The notes under the pieces were generated by a model. That model searched no databases, was not told where the DNA came from, and was given only the letters and a program-made list of their open reading frames with translations. 64,000 bases of DNA, taken from Dehalococcoidia bacterium (lineage in GTDB: Bacteria > Chloroflexota > Dehalococcoidia > Lucifugimonadales > VXLM01). Each line of letters starts with the position of its first letter. Position 1 is the first letter of the stretch. Below, piece after piece: positions 1 to 9,625 of this stretch. The stretch spans positions 1,644,507-1,708,506 of the forward strand of contig OY759598.1 in the NCBI GenBank assembly GCA_963662435.1, given 5' to 3'. The translations under genes were made by a program, and so were the position numbers.

Positions 1-124
1 ATACCTTCGGACTAGGTTGGATTAATCTCGCGAACTGCCTTGGGCCGTGTCTAGAGGGTCGATTTTCATTGGAGACGTCCAGGCAAGATACGGTTACTTG
101 AGCTTAGGGGAACCGAATGCAGCC

Positions 125-1189
125 TCACGGCAGTGGGTTCCAGCGAAGACCGAGGGCAACGGCGGCAAGGGCGAGCAGAGCGGCCAATGCCGTGAAGACT
201 GCAGAGACTTCCATACGCACCGTGTTCTTTCTCAATTGCACAGGAATCGTGGCGAAGACATCGATTAGCTCGTCGGCGCTTTCGGCCAAGTAGTACTCCG
301 CCTCGGTCATCTCTGCGACGTTCATGAGCGTCTGCTCGTCCAGTTGGAGAAACCCGATGCGTCCGAATCTCCCGAAGCCACCTCGACCAATGCGATTGGC
401 CAGATCGTCCGAGCCCAGCTGTTCAGACGTGCACTGCAGGAGCGAAGGGTCAGTTGTGCCGAAACCGATCGTATAGACACGAACGCCACGGTCGCTGGCC
501 GCCTGGGCTGCCACCAGCGGGAATACACCCCGATTGCTCGCTCCGTCGGTGAGGAGCACGATAACGTCCGGCTGCATATTGTCTTCGGCAAATGAGTCCT
601 GCCGGTCTTCGAGCGGAACCGAATAGACGCGAGTGGCGGGAATGTTCGGGTTTATTTCGGCAAGCGCATCGAGCGAACGCGTGATGGCGCTTCCCACCGC
701 CGTCATGCGTGCTGTTGTCAGGTTCGACACGGCATCCTTGAGGACCTCCCTGTCAGTCGTGGGCGGCACGATCAGCTGAGCGATACCGGCGAATGCGACG
801 ATGCCCACATGTGTGCCCGGCTCCTGGCTCTCTATGAAGCGCTCGGCGGCATCCTGGGCGACCGTAAGTCTATTGGGATAGATATCGTTGGCACACATGC
901 TCAGGGACACATCAAGCGCCAGCATGACCGTTGTTCTGCTGGAAGCGACGGTGACGTTTGCGAACGGGCGGGACATCGCAAGGACGAGCAAAGCAAGCGC
1001 GAGCACGAGAAGGACGAATGGCAAGTGTCGTCGCCACCTCATTCCGGAGGGCATCGCCTGCCTGATCAGCGACAGGCTTGAGTAATGGACGGCAAACCGT
1101 CTTCTTCGCCTCAGCACCAGCGCGTACGCCAGTACAACCAGCGGTATTGCCGCCAGTAGAAGAAGATATGTGGGCCAGAGCAGTCCCAT
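125..1189 (-). CDS. VWA domain membrane protein (BatA-like)
   Basis: N-terminal TM segment, MIDAS motif DVSLS, LLTDG, C-terminal TM; last gene of the moxR operon. Confidence 0.9.
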   Translation of the reverse strand: MGLLWPTYLLLLAAIPLVVLAYALVLRRRRRFAVHYSSLSLIRQAMPSGMRWRRHLPFVLLVLALALLVLAMSRPFANVTVASSRTTVMLALDVSLSMCANDIYPNRLTVAQDAAERFIESQEPGTHVGIVAFAGIAQLIVPPTTDREVLKDAVSNLTTARMTAVGSAITRSLDALAEINPNIPATRVYSVPLEDRQDSFAEDNMQPDVIVLLTDGASNRGVFPLVAAQAASDRGVRVYTIGFGTTDPSLLQCTSEQLGSDDLANRIGRGGFGRFGRIGFLQLDEQTLMNVAEMTEAEYYLAESADELIDVFATIPVQLRKNTVRMEVSAVFTALAALLALAAVALGLRWNPLP

Positions 1190-1202
1190 GTGTGTCCTCC
1201 GG

Positions 1203-2183
1203 CTACGGCATTCGCCCGAACCAAAGCAGCGACAGAGCGCTTCCGGCGAGGAGTATCAGCGCACTCACCCCTCCCAAGGTGGACGTTATCTCAACCTCTC
1301 GGGGCTCGACGATGAATTCGGTCTCCAGCTTCCTGTAGACCGACGGCACGTTATCCATATCCTCTATCTTGAAGTAGATACCCTCGGTCAGTGACGCAAT
1401 TTCCTCCAGGATGGGCTCATTCAGACTGGTGAAGAGGTTGAATCCGTCAACTTCAATGACCGTTCCTTCCGAAGTGCCCAGTCCAACCGTGTGGACACGA
1501 ACGCCCCTCTCGATTGCCATCTGCGCGACATCGAGAGGTTCGGGGTCTTCCGTATTCTCTCCGTCCGTTAGCAGCACGATTACGGCGGGTGCCAGGGCGC
1601 GTGCAGTTTCTTGATCCGGGGCATCATTCTCAGTGCCATTGCCGGCGTCCGCCGTGACCAAGTCCAGTGCGGTGAGAATCCCTCTTCCAAGGGACGTCCC
1701 AGTCTGGGGGACCAGACGGTTGATAGTAGCGTACAGTTCCTCGTCATCGTCGGTAGGCGGCTGCACGACGAGTCCACCCTCTCCAAAGGCCACGGCTCCT
1801 ATCTTGGCACCTGCAGGTCGCCCGTCGACGAGTGTTCTCGCAACCTCCTTTGCTGCGTCGATCCTGGAAGGCTCGACATCTTCGGCGGCCATGCTGGCCG
1901 AAACGTCAAACGCCAGCACGACTGTGCCCTCCATCCGCGGCAACGGGAGTGTAAGCATCGGTCGGGCCGAAGCTAGTGCCAAGAGCGCTATGCCAAACAA
2001 CAGGATTAGAGGCGGCATGTGGCGTCGCCTACCCGCTGTAAGTGAGGTCCCTTCCCGTACGACGCCCAGGGTCCCCAGGCCGGCCGCGTCCCTGTTCCGC
2101 TTCTGCTGCAAGTATAAATAGCCAACTACGCACACGGGTATGGCGAGAAGGGAGAGGAGAGCCCAGGACCAGACGAACGACAC
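1203..2183 (-). CDS. VWA domain membrane protein (BatA-like), second copy
   Basis: DVSAS MIDAS motif, LLTDGE, N- and C-terminal TM segments. Confidence 0.9.
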   Translation of the reverse strand: MSFVWSWALLSLLAIPVCVVGYLYLQQKRNRDAAGLGTLGVVREGTSLTAGRRRHMPPLILLFGIALLALASARPMLTLPLPRMEGTVVLAFDVSASMAAEDVEPSRIDAAKEVARTLVDGRPAGAKIGAVAFGEGGLVVQPPTDDDEELYATINRLVPQTGTSLGRGILTALDLVTADAGNGTENDAPDQETARALAPAVIVLLTDGENTEDPEPLDVAQMAIERGVRVHTVGLGTSEGTVIEVDGFNLFTSLNEPILEEIASLTEGIYFKIEDMDNVPSVYRKLETEFIVEPREVEITSTLGGVSALILLAGSALSLLWFGRMP

Positions 2184-2186
2184 CTT

Positions 2187-3119
2187 CTATACCCCCTGAC
2201 GCATTCGCACCCGGGCGCGACGGCGCAACGAGGCGAACCGCATGATTGCCAGCACGAGATCGTCCTCCGTGGACAGCGGCAATTCTTGCACACCTGCACG
2301 CTTGAAGGTTTGCGCCAACTCCGTCTCCCTACGGCGTGACGCGTCGTGGAATCGCTGCCTAAATCCCCTGTCGCTTGTGTCGACGCTCAGCTGGGCACCC
2401 GTTTCGGAGTCTTCGACCAGGACGACGCCGACATCAGGGAGATCGAGTTCACGCGGGTCCCAGAGCCTGACGGCCAACAACTCGTGCCTTCTGTTGAGCT
2501 GGTCCACTGCTCTGTCCCAGCCGGGCATACATATAAAGTCGGATACCAAGAAGACCAGTGACCGCCGCTTGATGCTGTTGAAGGCGGACTCAAGCAGTTG
2601 GGTCAAGTCGGTCATTGCTCCGGCGGAAGATGAATGTTGTATCTGGATATCGTTAATCAGGCGGAGCACTTGAAGCCGACCCCTTCTGGGAGGAATCGTC
2701 ACCTGGGTGCTATTGTCAAAGAGGACAGCGCCCACGCGATTCCCATTTCGGGTTAGAAGACGTGCCAGCACACCTACAAAGTCGAGAAGGACAGACTCTT
2801 TGCGTCGCTCCAGGGCACCAAAGGCCATCGAGGGGCTGAGGTCCAGCAGGAACCACGCATTGATCTCCCGGTCCTCCAGGAACTTGCGAACGTAGGGAAA
2901 GTCCATACGCGCGGTGACGTTCCAGTCGATGTGACGTATGTCGTCAGGCGGTTGGTACTCGCGCAACTCGGCAAAGTCCAGGCCACCGCCCATGAAGAGG
3001 CTGTGGTAATCGCCCTGGAGTATTCCATCGAGTCGGCGCAGCACCTGCCATTCAAGGCGGTGAAGCACGCGGTCGGGAGTCGTCCGATCGCTAGATTGTA
3101 CGAGAGCCTGCGTACTCAC
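2187..3119 (-). CDS. DUF58 family protein
   Basis: DFAELREYQPPDDIRHIDWNVTAR motif. Start moved to GTG 3119, overlapping the moxR end (ORF track starts at 3203). Confidence 0.88.
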   Translation of the reverse strand: MSTQALVQSSDRTTPDRVLHRLEWQVLRRLDGILQGDYHSLFMGGGLDFAELREYQPPDDIRHIDWNVTARMDFPYVRKFLEDREINAWFLLDLSPSMAFGALERRKESVLLDFVGVLARLLTRNGNRVGAVLFDNSTQVTIPPRRGRLQVLRLINDIQIQHSSSAGAMTDLTQLLESAFNSIKRRSLVFLVSDFICMPGWDRAVDQLNRRHELLAVRLWDPRELDLPDVGVVLVEDSETGAQLSVDTSDRGFRQRFHDASRRRETELAQTFKRAGVQELPLSTEDDLVLAIMRFASLRRRARVRMRQGV

Positions 3120-4098
3120 GTAGCGGAACCTCGGGCATTGGGATAACGTCCATGAACCTGCCCAGTATTTCATCGCTGTCCACATTGTCAGACAGCGCCT
3201 CATATGAGAGTACGAGGCGGTGCCTCATTACATCAAGCGCCACGTCTCGAACGTCTTCCGGAAGGGCGTAGTCGCGTCCGCGCACGAAGGCCAAGGCCCG
3301 GCCTGCGATGATCATGTTGATGGACGCACGAGGGCTTGCGCCGAACTGTATGTAGCGGCTGAGTTCTTCGAGCCCGCACGAATCCGGTTGGCGAGTGGCG
3401 GTTACCAACCTCACCGAGTAGTCGATGAGGGCAGGGTCCACGTAGACTCCGTCCGCCTGACGCTGCAGGGCGATTGTGTCCTCGATGCTCAGGACGGACT
3501 GCACGTCCTGCAGTGCGCTCGTCATACGTTCAACGATCACGAATTCCTCGGTAGCGTTGGGATAGCCGACGAGCACTTTGAGCATGAAACGGTCGACCTG
3601 CGCCTCGGGGAGAGGGTACGTGCCCTCCGCCTCGATTGGGTTTTGCGTCGCCATAACGAGGAACGGGTTGGGCACGGGGTGGGTCTCGCGTCCGATGGTG
3701 ACTTGCCGCTCCTGCATCACTTCTAGGAGGGCGCTCTGGACCTTTGCCGGTGCGCGGTTTATCTCATCCGCCAGCAGCAGGTTGGTGAATACAGGCCCAA
3801 GGGACGTGTTGAATTCGCCGGTCTTTTGATTGTAGATTCGGGTGCCCACCAGATCGGCGGGCATCAGATCGGGAGTGAACTGGATGCGTTGAAACTCCCC
3901 GCCTATTGCTTGCGCGAGGGTCTTTACGGCCATCGTCTTGGCCAGCCCGGGCACTCCTTCGACGAGGATATGGCCTCTCGCAAGCAAGGCCACCACCATA
4001 CGTTCAAGCAGGTGGTCTTGGCCCACAATGACCTTCTTCACCTCGTAGAGTACGCGTTCCATCGGTTGGCTATTGGCGCTATTTGTCATTCCTTCCAT
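3091..4098 (-). CDS. moxR: MoxR family AAA+ ATPase
   Basis: GVPGLAKT Walker A, RIQFTPDLMPAD, LLADEINRAPAKVQSALLE, YPLPEAQVDRF. Confidence 0.95.
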   Translation of the reverse strand: MEGMTNSANSQPMERVLYEVKKVIVGQDHLLERMVVALLARGHILVEGVPGLAKTMAVKTLAQAIGGEFQRIQFTPDLMPADLVGTRIYNQKTGEFNTSLGPVFTNLLLADEINRAPAKVQSALLEVMQERQVTIGRETHPVPNPFLVMATQNPIEAEGTYPLPEAQVDRFMLKVLVGYPNATEEFVIVERMTSALQDVQSVLSIEDTIALQRQADGVYVDPALIDYSVRLVTATRQPDSCGLEELSRYIQFGASPRASINMIIAGRALAFVRGRDYALPEDVRDVALDVMRHRLVLSYEALSDNVDSDEILGRFMDVIPMPEVPLREYAGSRTI

Positions 4099-4113
4099 TC
4101 ACCTCTCGATCAG

Positions 4114-5007
4114 CTACTGGGCGGGGCCGCCCGATACGACCACGGCCTCGTCGATCGGCACCGCAAATCCTATACCAATGAAGACTTCCTGATCGGTCGG
4201 GTTGACCAGCCCTGTAACGATGCCGACGACCTGGCCTCTTCGGTCTAGTAGCGGCCCGCCTGAGCTGCCGGGATTCACCGCGGCATCAAATTGAATGAGT
4301 CCCCTCAGCGACTGCTCCCTGCCAGCAAGCTTGAACTCGCGCTGCAGGCCGGAAACAACGCCCGCACTCATCGAGCCCACGAGCCCGAGCGGGTTGCCTA
4401 GTGCGAAGACCTCGTCTCCAACACGCAACGAGGACGACGCGCCGATGGTCGCCGGCACGATGAGGTTGGGCATCGTGTAGGGCGCCAAGACCGCCACGTC
4501 TCGGAACGGGTCGGAATCCGCGATAGCGGCGGTCGTCAGGGTCCCGTCCGCGAAGGAGATATGTATCTCCGCAGCACCGTCGACGACATGCAGAGCGGTA
4601 ATTACCTCGCCATGGTCATTTACAACAACGCCACTTCCGACGCCAATGCCCTCATCTTCACCGCCCTTGTCGGTCTGAACGACAACCAGGGACGGAAGGA
4701 TCGATCGATAGACTTCGTTCGGTTCGACCTGGTCCGGCAGCTCGGCGTCGATTGCCTCCGCGACCGCGTCGTCCACGTCATCAGTGGTGAGTCGGATTTC
4801 ATCGCTGCCATAGATCTGCCAGATTAGCAGCACGAGCAGCAGCGACATTACGCCGAGGACGCCCCATACTATCGGGGCGGAACGTCTGCGCAGCGTGCGA
4901 TAGAGCCTACTCCAGGAGGACGATCGAGGCGTCGAAGGGCCTTCAGGGTTCTCCGGCGCCTGCCTCTTTGGGCCCGGCCTGTACGGCGGACTAATTCCCG
5001 AGCGCAA
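4114..5007 (-). CDS. Membrane-anchored trypsin-like (S1C/HtrA-type) serine protease without PDZ domain
   Basis: TM helix, GSGVV, TALHVV (His), DVAVL (Asp), DAAVNPGSSGGPL (Ser), IGFAVP. Start uncertain. Confidence 0.9.
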   Translation of the reverse strand: MRSGISPPYRPGPKRQAPENPEGPSTPRSSSWSRLYRTLRRRSAPIVWGVLGVMSLLLVLLIWQIYGSDEIRLTTDDVDDAVAEAIDAELPDQVEPNEVYRSILPSLVVVQTDKGGEDEGIGVGSGVVVNDHGEVITALHVVDGAAEIHISFADGTLTTAAIADSDPFRDVAVLAPYTMPNLIVPATIGASSSLRVGDEVFALGNPLGLVGSMSAGVVSGLQREFKLAGREQSLRGLIQFDAAVNPGSSGGPLLDRRGQVVGIVTGLVNPTDQEVFIGIGFAVPIDEAVVVSGGPAQ

Positions 5008-5383
5008 CCCTTCCTCCTCGCTCCTACAAGAAACGTGCGCCGGACACGTGCTGGGTGAAAGTCATCAACGCAAGCCACGTGCCCCTCATCTGAGGGTAAC
5101 ACATAAGTGTTATGACAATGTGAAGGAAGGGTAAGTAGGCGATTTCAGGCGCGAGAGATGGCATTGAGCAACTCGCTGAGTGCTTCAAATGGGGACTTCG
5201 GCGCCGGTGGTCCTGGCCCGTTCGTCCAATGTACCAACGGGCACCTTGGACCGCTAGTTAGGAGGCCGTGTTAAGGCGCCCAATTCCGGTTGCCGAAATA
5301 GTGACGCCTCGATGTCGCCGTGGCCAACGAAACCAACGTTGGAAATCGGTCAAGTTTCGATGTGTCAGAAGAGGCTATTTCGT

Positions 5384-5617
5384 CTAGTTGGGTGATGTGC
5401 TGACTCTTTTGCCGCCGCCTTCACGTGCAGGGAGGGGCGCTAGCCTGTGTGAGACACCGGCTCGACCGAATGTCACTTTCGTGCCTGACGTGGCGTCGAG
5501 GTACGTCCACTCGCCGTCGGAATCGCCCGTGCGGTGCTGTACCCGGTACTCGGCCGCGCCGGTGATGGCGCTCCATGAGACGGTGAACGTATTTTCCGAC
5601 AGGGACACGGTCAGGTC
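5384..5617 (-). pseudogene. FN3 fragment, the in-frame continuation of the upstream lipoprotein past a TAA
   Basis: Reads PTP*DLTVSLSENTFTVSWSAITGAAEYRVQHR in the same frame as 5618..7240. Confidence 0.7.
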
Positions 5618-7240
5618 TTACGGAGTGGGCACGGCCTTGTGAATCCGCAGCATGAGCTTGTCGCCGTCATGCCAGGGCTGAGACGATACGCTCCAACTCA
5701 GGGTGTTGTTGGCGGGGTCGATGGTCGCGGCGTCGACGTTCAACGACAGTGACACCGAGCCTTCCAATTCGATGATGTGCAATATCTGGCCTGTAAGCGC
5801 CGTGTGCGGACTGACCTTCATCTTGACCGTGCCGGATGCCCACTCGATGCGCTGGATGGTCGCGGAGGCGTTGTTGGCGTCAGTGAAGTCCGCTGGTTTG
5901 AGGACGCCGTTGGAGGAGTCTGCGGCGATGGCCGAGCCGTCGGTGACGGGGTCGAAGAATAGCTCGTGGAGGGTGCCAGCGGGGGCGGTGTACTCCACCT
6001 CGTACGACAGTTGCGGGTGCTCTGCACACGGGAGGGCGGAGTAATGGGTGTAGTGCGCACGAAAGCTGTACGTCCCTATTGGAATGGGCCGGTTCGCGCG
6101 GACCTCGAAGTTGAATACGCTCAGTCCGTCAATCACTTTCCTAGGAGCGGCCTCCGTGATGGTGAACATATCCGCGTCGTCTCCATCTATGGTGAACTTG
6201 GTCTTTCGAGTTACAGAGTTGAAGCTACCACTATTCTTGATAATGGGAGTGCTGGCCCCTCGGCCTGAACTGCGTTCAAGAATAACGGGAGCGTAAAGCG
6301 GCCCTACACCGGTAGCCAGCTGCAAGTACGCATCCTCGCGGATGATTCGATACTTGGAATTGACGCATAGCTCGTATTCGTCGCTTCCGTCGCCTGCGGC
6401 AATTTCTGCATTGAGGATTGTCACCACAACTTTGATTCGTTGCAGAGTCACGGTCGGTCCTACAACCTCTTTAAGCCCGCCTGCTCCTTCTGTCGGCGGA
6501 GTCGGCGGAATAGGCGTCCCCAACATGAACTCCTGGTCGCCGTCACTTGCTCCGCTTACCCCACTCGCCTCGCTGTCCGGGACAGCTGGGAGCCAGACAC
6601 GGTTAAATCTGCTGTTCAGACTGAATCCGTCATCGTGGCCAAAGTCCCTGCCGTAGCCGATGAAGAATACGTTGTTGTCCTCCAGCGCACTGAACAGGTC
6701 GAACGTCTCATCATGCAAGAAGAAAACCGCCTCCTGATCGTCCCAGGTGGTTGGCCTTCCGCTCACTATGGTGGGTCGTGCGGCCTCGACCTCCTGCTCG
6801 GTGGGATACGGGCTCGATGATCCCCATACAGCCACCACGTTGTCTGCTCCGGAGCCCTTCAGATACTCGCTGACGGTCAGATGGAACTTGATGGCAATTA
6901 CATACTGACCCTGCCACTTCCCGGATGCCGCCACGACCTCGCTCGTGGTGTTGTCAAGTGTTCCCTTCACGACGATTTGACGGCTGACGATTCTCTCTTC
7001 GAGCGAGGTCTGCCCGAAGTACGGAACCGGTGCTGCCGCGACTGGTGGGGGAGCTGTCTGCCGGGGCGCGGTGGTCGTCCTTGCTTTATCCCCATCTTCC
7101 GTAATAGCCAGCATTTCGGGAGCAACCGGCTGAGGCTCGGTTATGCCCGCCCCTTCCCGCTCGGTTGCTGCTGGCGCTTGCTCCGTCGAAGAGCAGGCGA
7201 GCAAGAACCCTACTGCTACTATCAGTAGAGCTATTCTCAC
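5618..7240 (-). CDS. Hypothetical lipoprotein, probably truncated
   Basis: Lipobox LLAC after a hydrophobic signal; GAGG RBS before GTG; 540-aa ORF. Confidence 0.8.
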   Translation of the reverse strand: MRIALLIVAVGFLLACSSTEQAPAATEREGAGITEPQPVAPEMLAITEDGDKARTTTAPRQTAPPPVAAAPVPYFGQTSLEERIVSRQIVVKGTLDNTTSEVVAASGKWQGQYVIAIKFHLTVSEYLKGSGADNVVAVWGSSSPYPTEQEVEAARPTIVSGRPTTWDDQEAVFFLHDETFDLFSALEDNNVFFIGYGRDFGHDDGFSLNSRFNRVWLPAVPDSEASGVSGASDGDQEFMLGTPIPPTPPTEGAGGLKEVVGPTVTLQRIKVVVTILNAEIAAGDGSDEYELCVNSKYRIIREDAYLQLATGVGPLYAPVILERSSGRGASTPIIKNSGSFNSVTRKTKFTIDGDDADMFTITEAAPRKVIDGLSVFNFEVRANRPIPIGTYSFRAHYTHYSALPCAEHPQLSYEVEYTAPAGTLHELFFDPVTDGSAIAADSSNGVLKPADFTDANNASATIQRIEWASGTVKMKVSPHTALTGQILHIIELEGSVSLSLNVDAATIDPANNTLSWSVSSQPWHDGDKLMLRIHKAVPTP

Positions 7241-7395
7241 ATAGCCTCATCTTTGACTTGGCTCTTTTGTCTGCGGCCACGTTGTGACGCGCTGAGCCTG
7301 CGTTTAGCAGGCTCATCGATCATCCTAAACCAACGCATGTAACTTGGTTGTTACCTCTTGGACGTTCTGTTTTGAGTTCTTGTGAGCTAACGCCT

Positions 7396-7611
7396 AAGCC
7401 CGCATGGTTGTACTCGTTTGCTCCGAATCGTGTCGGTGAGTGAGGACGGAGCACCGGGGCGTTGGCAGGCCAAGCGAGGTGACAAGAGGTCGGCTTGCAC
7501 ACTAGCGAAGCTCGCGACCTCGATGCCTTTTTGGCCCGGGTGAGTCCGCCCGCAAGTTGCCTTGATTTGTCTGAGGGGCTTCCAGCGGACTCACGCTACT
7601 TGCGCTCCTAG
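7396..7611 (-). repeat. Copy 1 of a ~215-bp structured leader-like element
   Basis: About 85% identical to 8095..8309 by hand alignment; stems GTGAGTCCGC/GCGGACTCAC and GCTCCG/CGGAGC. Confidence 0.85.
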
Positions 7612-7672
7612 TGGACCGAAATCTTTGAAATGACGGGCGGCACCAGGGGCTGGATTTGCGTATTACAGCGAC

Positions 7673-7698
7673 AGGGCGGGTTTGAAACCCGCCCCTAC
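7673..7698 (-). repeat. GTAG-type REP-like palindrome
   Basis: Minus strand GTAGGGGCGGGTTTCAAACCCGCCCT: GTAG followed by a GC hairpin. Confidence 0.75.
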
Positions 7699-7804
7699 CA
7701 AATCCCAGGGTCGTCGTCACCCTTCGAAACTATAATGTTGAACCACAAGTCTTCGAATCCCAATAGTATTCCTCGATTTGTCGTTCCCAATCACTGTGTT
7801 CTTC

Positions 7805-7954
7805 TCAGGGATACTTACTGGGTATGTGCATTGCGTAAATCAGTGGGATTGAGATGAGCACCAATAACGTCAAAGGGTATGTAATCACCACCGAAATCAG
7901 AATAGACAAGCAGACCACAGCCAAGATTGATCCGATCGACCATTTAAGTCTCAT
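7805..7954 (-). CDS. Small hydrophobic membrane protein (49 aa)
   Basis: GGAGGAG RBS, then ATG; MRLKWSIGSILAVVCLSILISVVITYPLTLLVLISIPLIYAMHIPSKYP. Confidence 0.5.
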   Translation of the reverse strand: MRLKWSIGSILAVVCLSILISVVITYPLTLLVLISIPLIYAMHIPSKYP

Positions 7955-8094
7955 ACCGCTCCTCCACGATGTCGCCGGTCGAGTGACCGCCAACTACGTA
8001 CCATCTGGATCCATCTTGTGGCCGAAGCACACAGCATGCGTAAATCTCGAGCGTAAACTCCCGATCGCATATGACCTTCTGTAACGTTGCGCTG

Positions 8095-8309
8095 AAGCCC
8101 GCACGGTTGTACTCCTTTGCTCCGAATCATGTCGGGGAGTGAGGACGGAGCACCGGGTCTTGGCAGCCCAATCGATGTGACAATAGGTCGGTTTGCACAC
8201 AAGCGAAGCTGATGACCTCGATGCTGCTTCAGCCCGAGTGAGTCCGCCCGCGAGCTGCCTCGATTAGTCTGAGAGGCATTCAGCGGACTCACTCTAACTA
8301 CGCTCCTAG
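8095..8309 (-). repeat. Copy 2 of the ~215-bp structured leader-like element
   Basis: Aligns to 7396..7611; ends in AAGGAG-N7-GTG. Confidence 0.85.
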
Positions 8310-9289
8310 AGTCCGGACTTGGGACTGACAAGGTAAACTGTCGAGCTCTTCATGCCCGAACTCTTCTCAGCGGACCGTTTCCGTCTCTTCAACGCTGCGA
8401 TCAGCAAGAGGAGCAACAGCAACAACCCCAGTAGGCCGATGGGCACAAGTGCCTTGTCGCCGACACTCATCGATCTCATGATCTGGGGCAAGGCAATCAA
8501 GTCGGAGGCAAGTGCGGACGGCAATCCAGTCGTCAGCGCCATGCCCGATGCCGGAGCAGGAGTAGGAGACGGAATTGGACTAGACGCCGCCAGACCCATG
8601 CCTGAACCGTCGTCCGTCGACTGGTCCGGTACAGCGGAAGGTGTTGCTGCCGTCTCCTCGCCGCCAATCGACTGACCGGTCACAAGGGTAGGAGTCGCCG
8701 AGGTATCTTCACCGGTCGACTGGCCGGACTCGGGGGCGGATAACGCGCTCAGGCGCACCGTTATGGTAAAGGTCTCAGTAACCGTGTGTTCACCATCGTC
8801 GGCCGTGATCGTCACTGTGTAGTCACCGACCTCCGAATCGTCCGTGACCATTCCGCGCGTCATACTCTTCTCAGCATCGTAGAACAGGTTGTCCGGCAGA
8901 CCCACCAGCGTCACAGTGGGCGATGGGTCGTCGTCAACCACGAGGATGCCGAATGGGTTTATGGTCTGTCCCTGGGAGTAGATCTTGTCATCCGGCTTGA
9001 TGATTACAGGCGGGGTGTTAATTCCACCTCCGTTGCGGTAACCGCTTCCACTATAGCCATCTCCTTGTTGGCCCCACACAGTCCCTAGATAGCCACCAAG
9101 ACCGGATGTGGACGATGCATCCGCAATTTCGGACTTCGGCTCAGACCCCGTTCCGGATGCGGGCTCGTGAGTAGGCTCAGCTTTCGAATCTGGCGACGTC
9201 TGCTCGGAGGTAGTCCCAGTCTTCGACTCAGACTCCGGTTCAAGCGATGTCTGCTCGGGAGTCGTACCAGGCGTCGGCTCAGACTCGGA

Positions 9290-9625
9290 TTCCGGCGTGG
9301 ATTCCGGCGCCAGCTCAGACTCCGATTCTGGCGTTGGTTCAGGCGTCGGCTCAGACTCCGATTCTGGTGTTGGCTCAGACTCAGGTTCAGGCGTCGGCTC
9401 AGGCGTGGGCTCCGGTGTAGGCTCCGGTGTAGGCTCAGGCGTGGGCTCCGGTGTAGGCTCCGGTGTGGGCTCAGGCGTTGGCTCAGGCGTCGGCTCCGGT
9501 GTAGGTTCAGGAGTGGGCTCAGGCGTAGGCTCAGGCTTGGGCTCCGGTGTAGGCTCAGGCGTGGGCTCAGGCGTAGGCTCCGGTGTAGGCTCAGGCGTGG
9601 GCTCAGGCGTAGGCTCCGGTGTGAG
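9290..9625 (-). repeat. Coding 12-bp tandem repeat (PEPT)n in the adhesin
   Basis: Repeated GGCTCAGGCGTG/GGCTCCGGTGTA variants. Confidence 0.9.
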
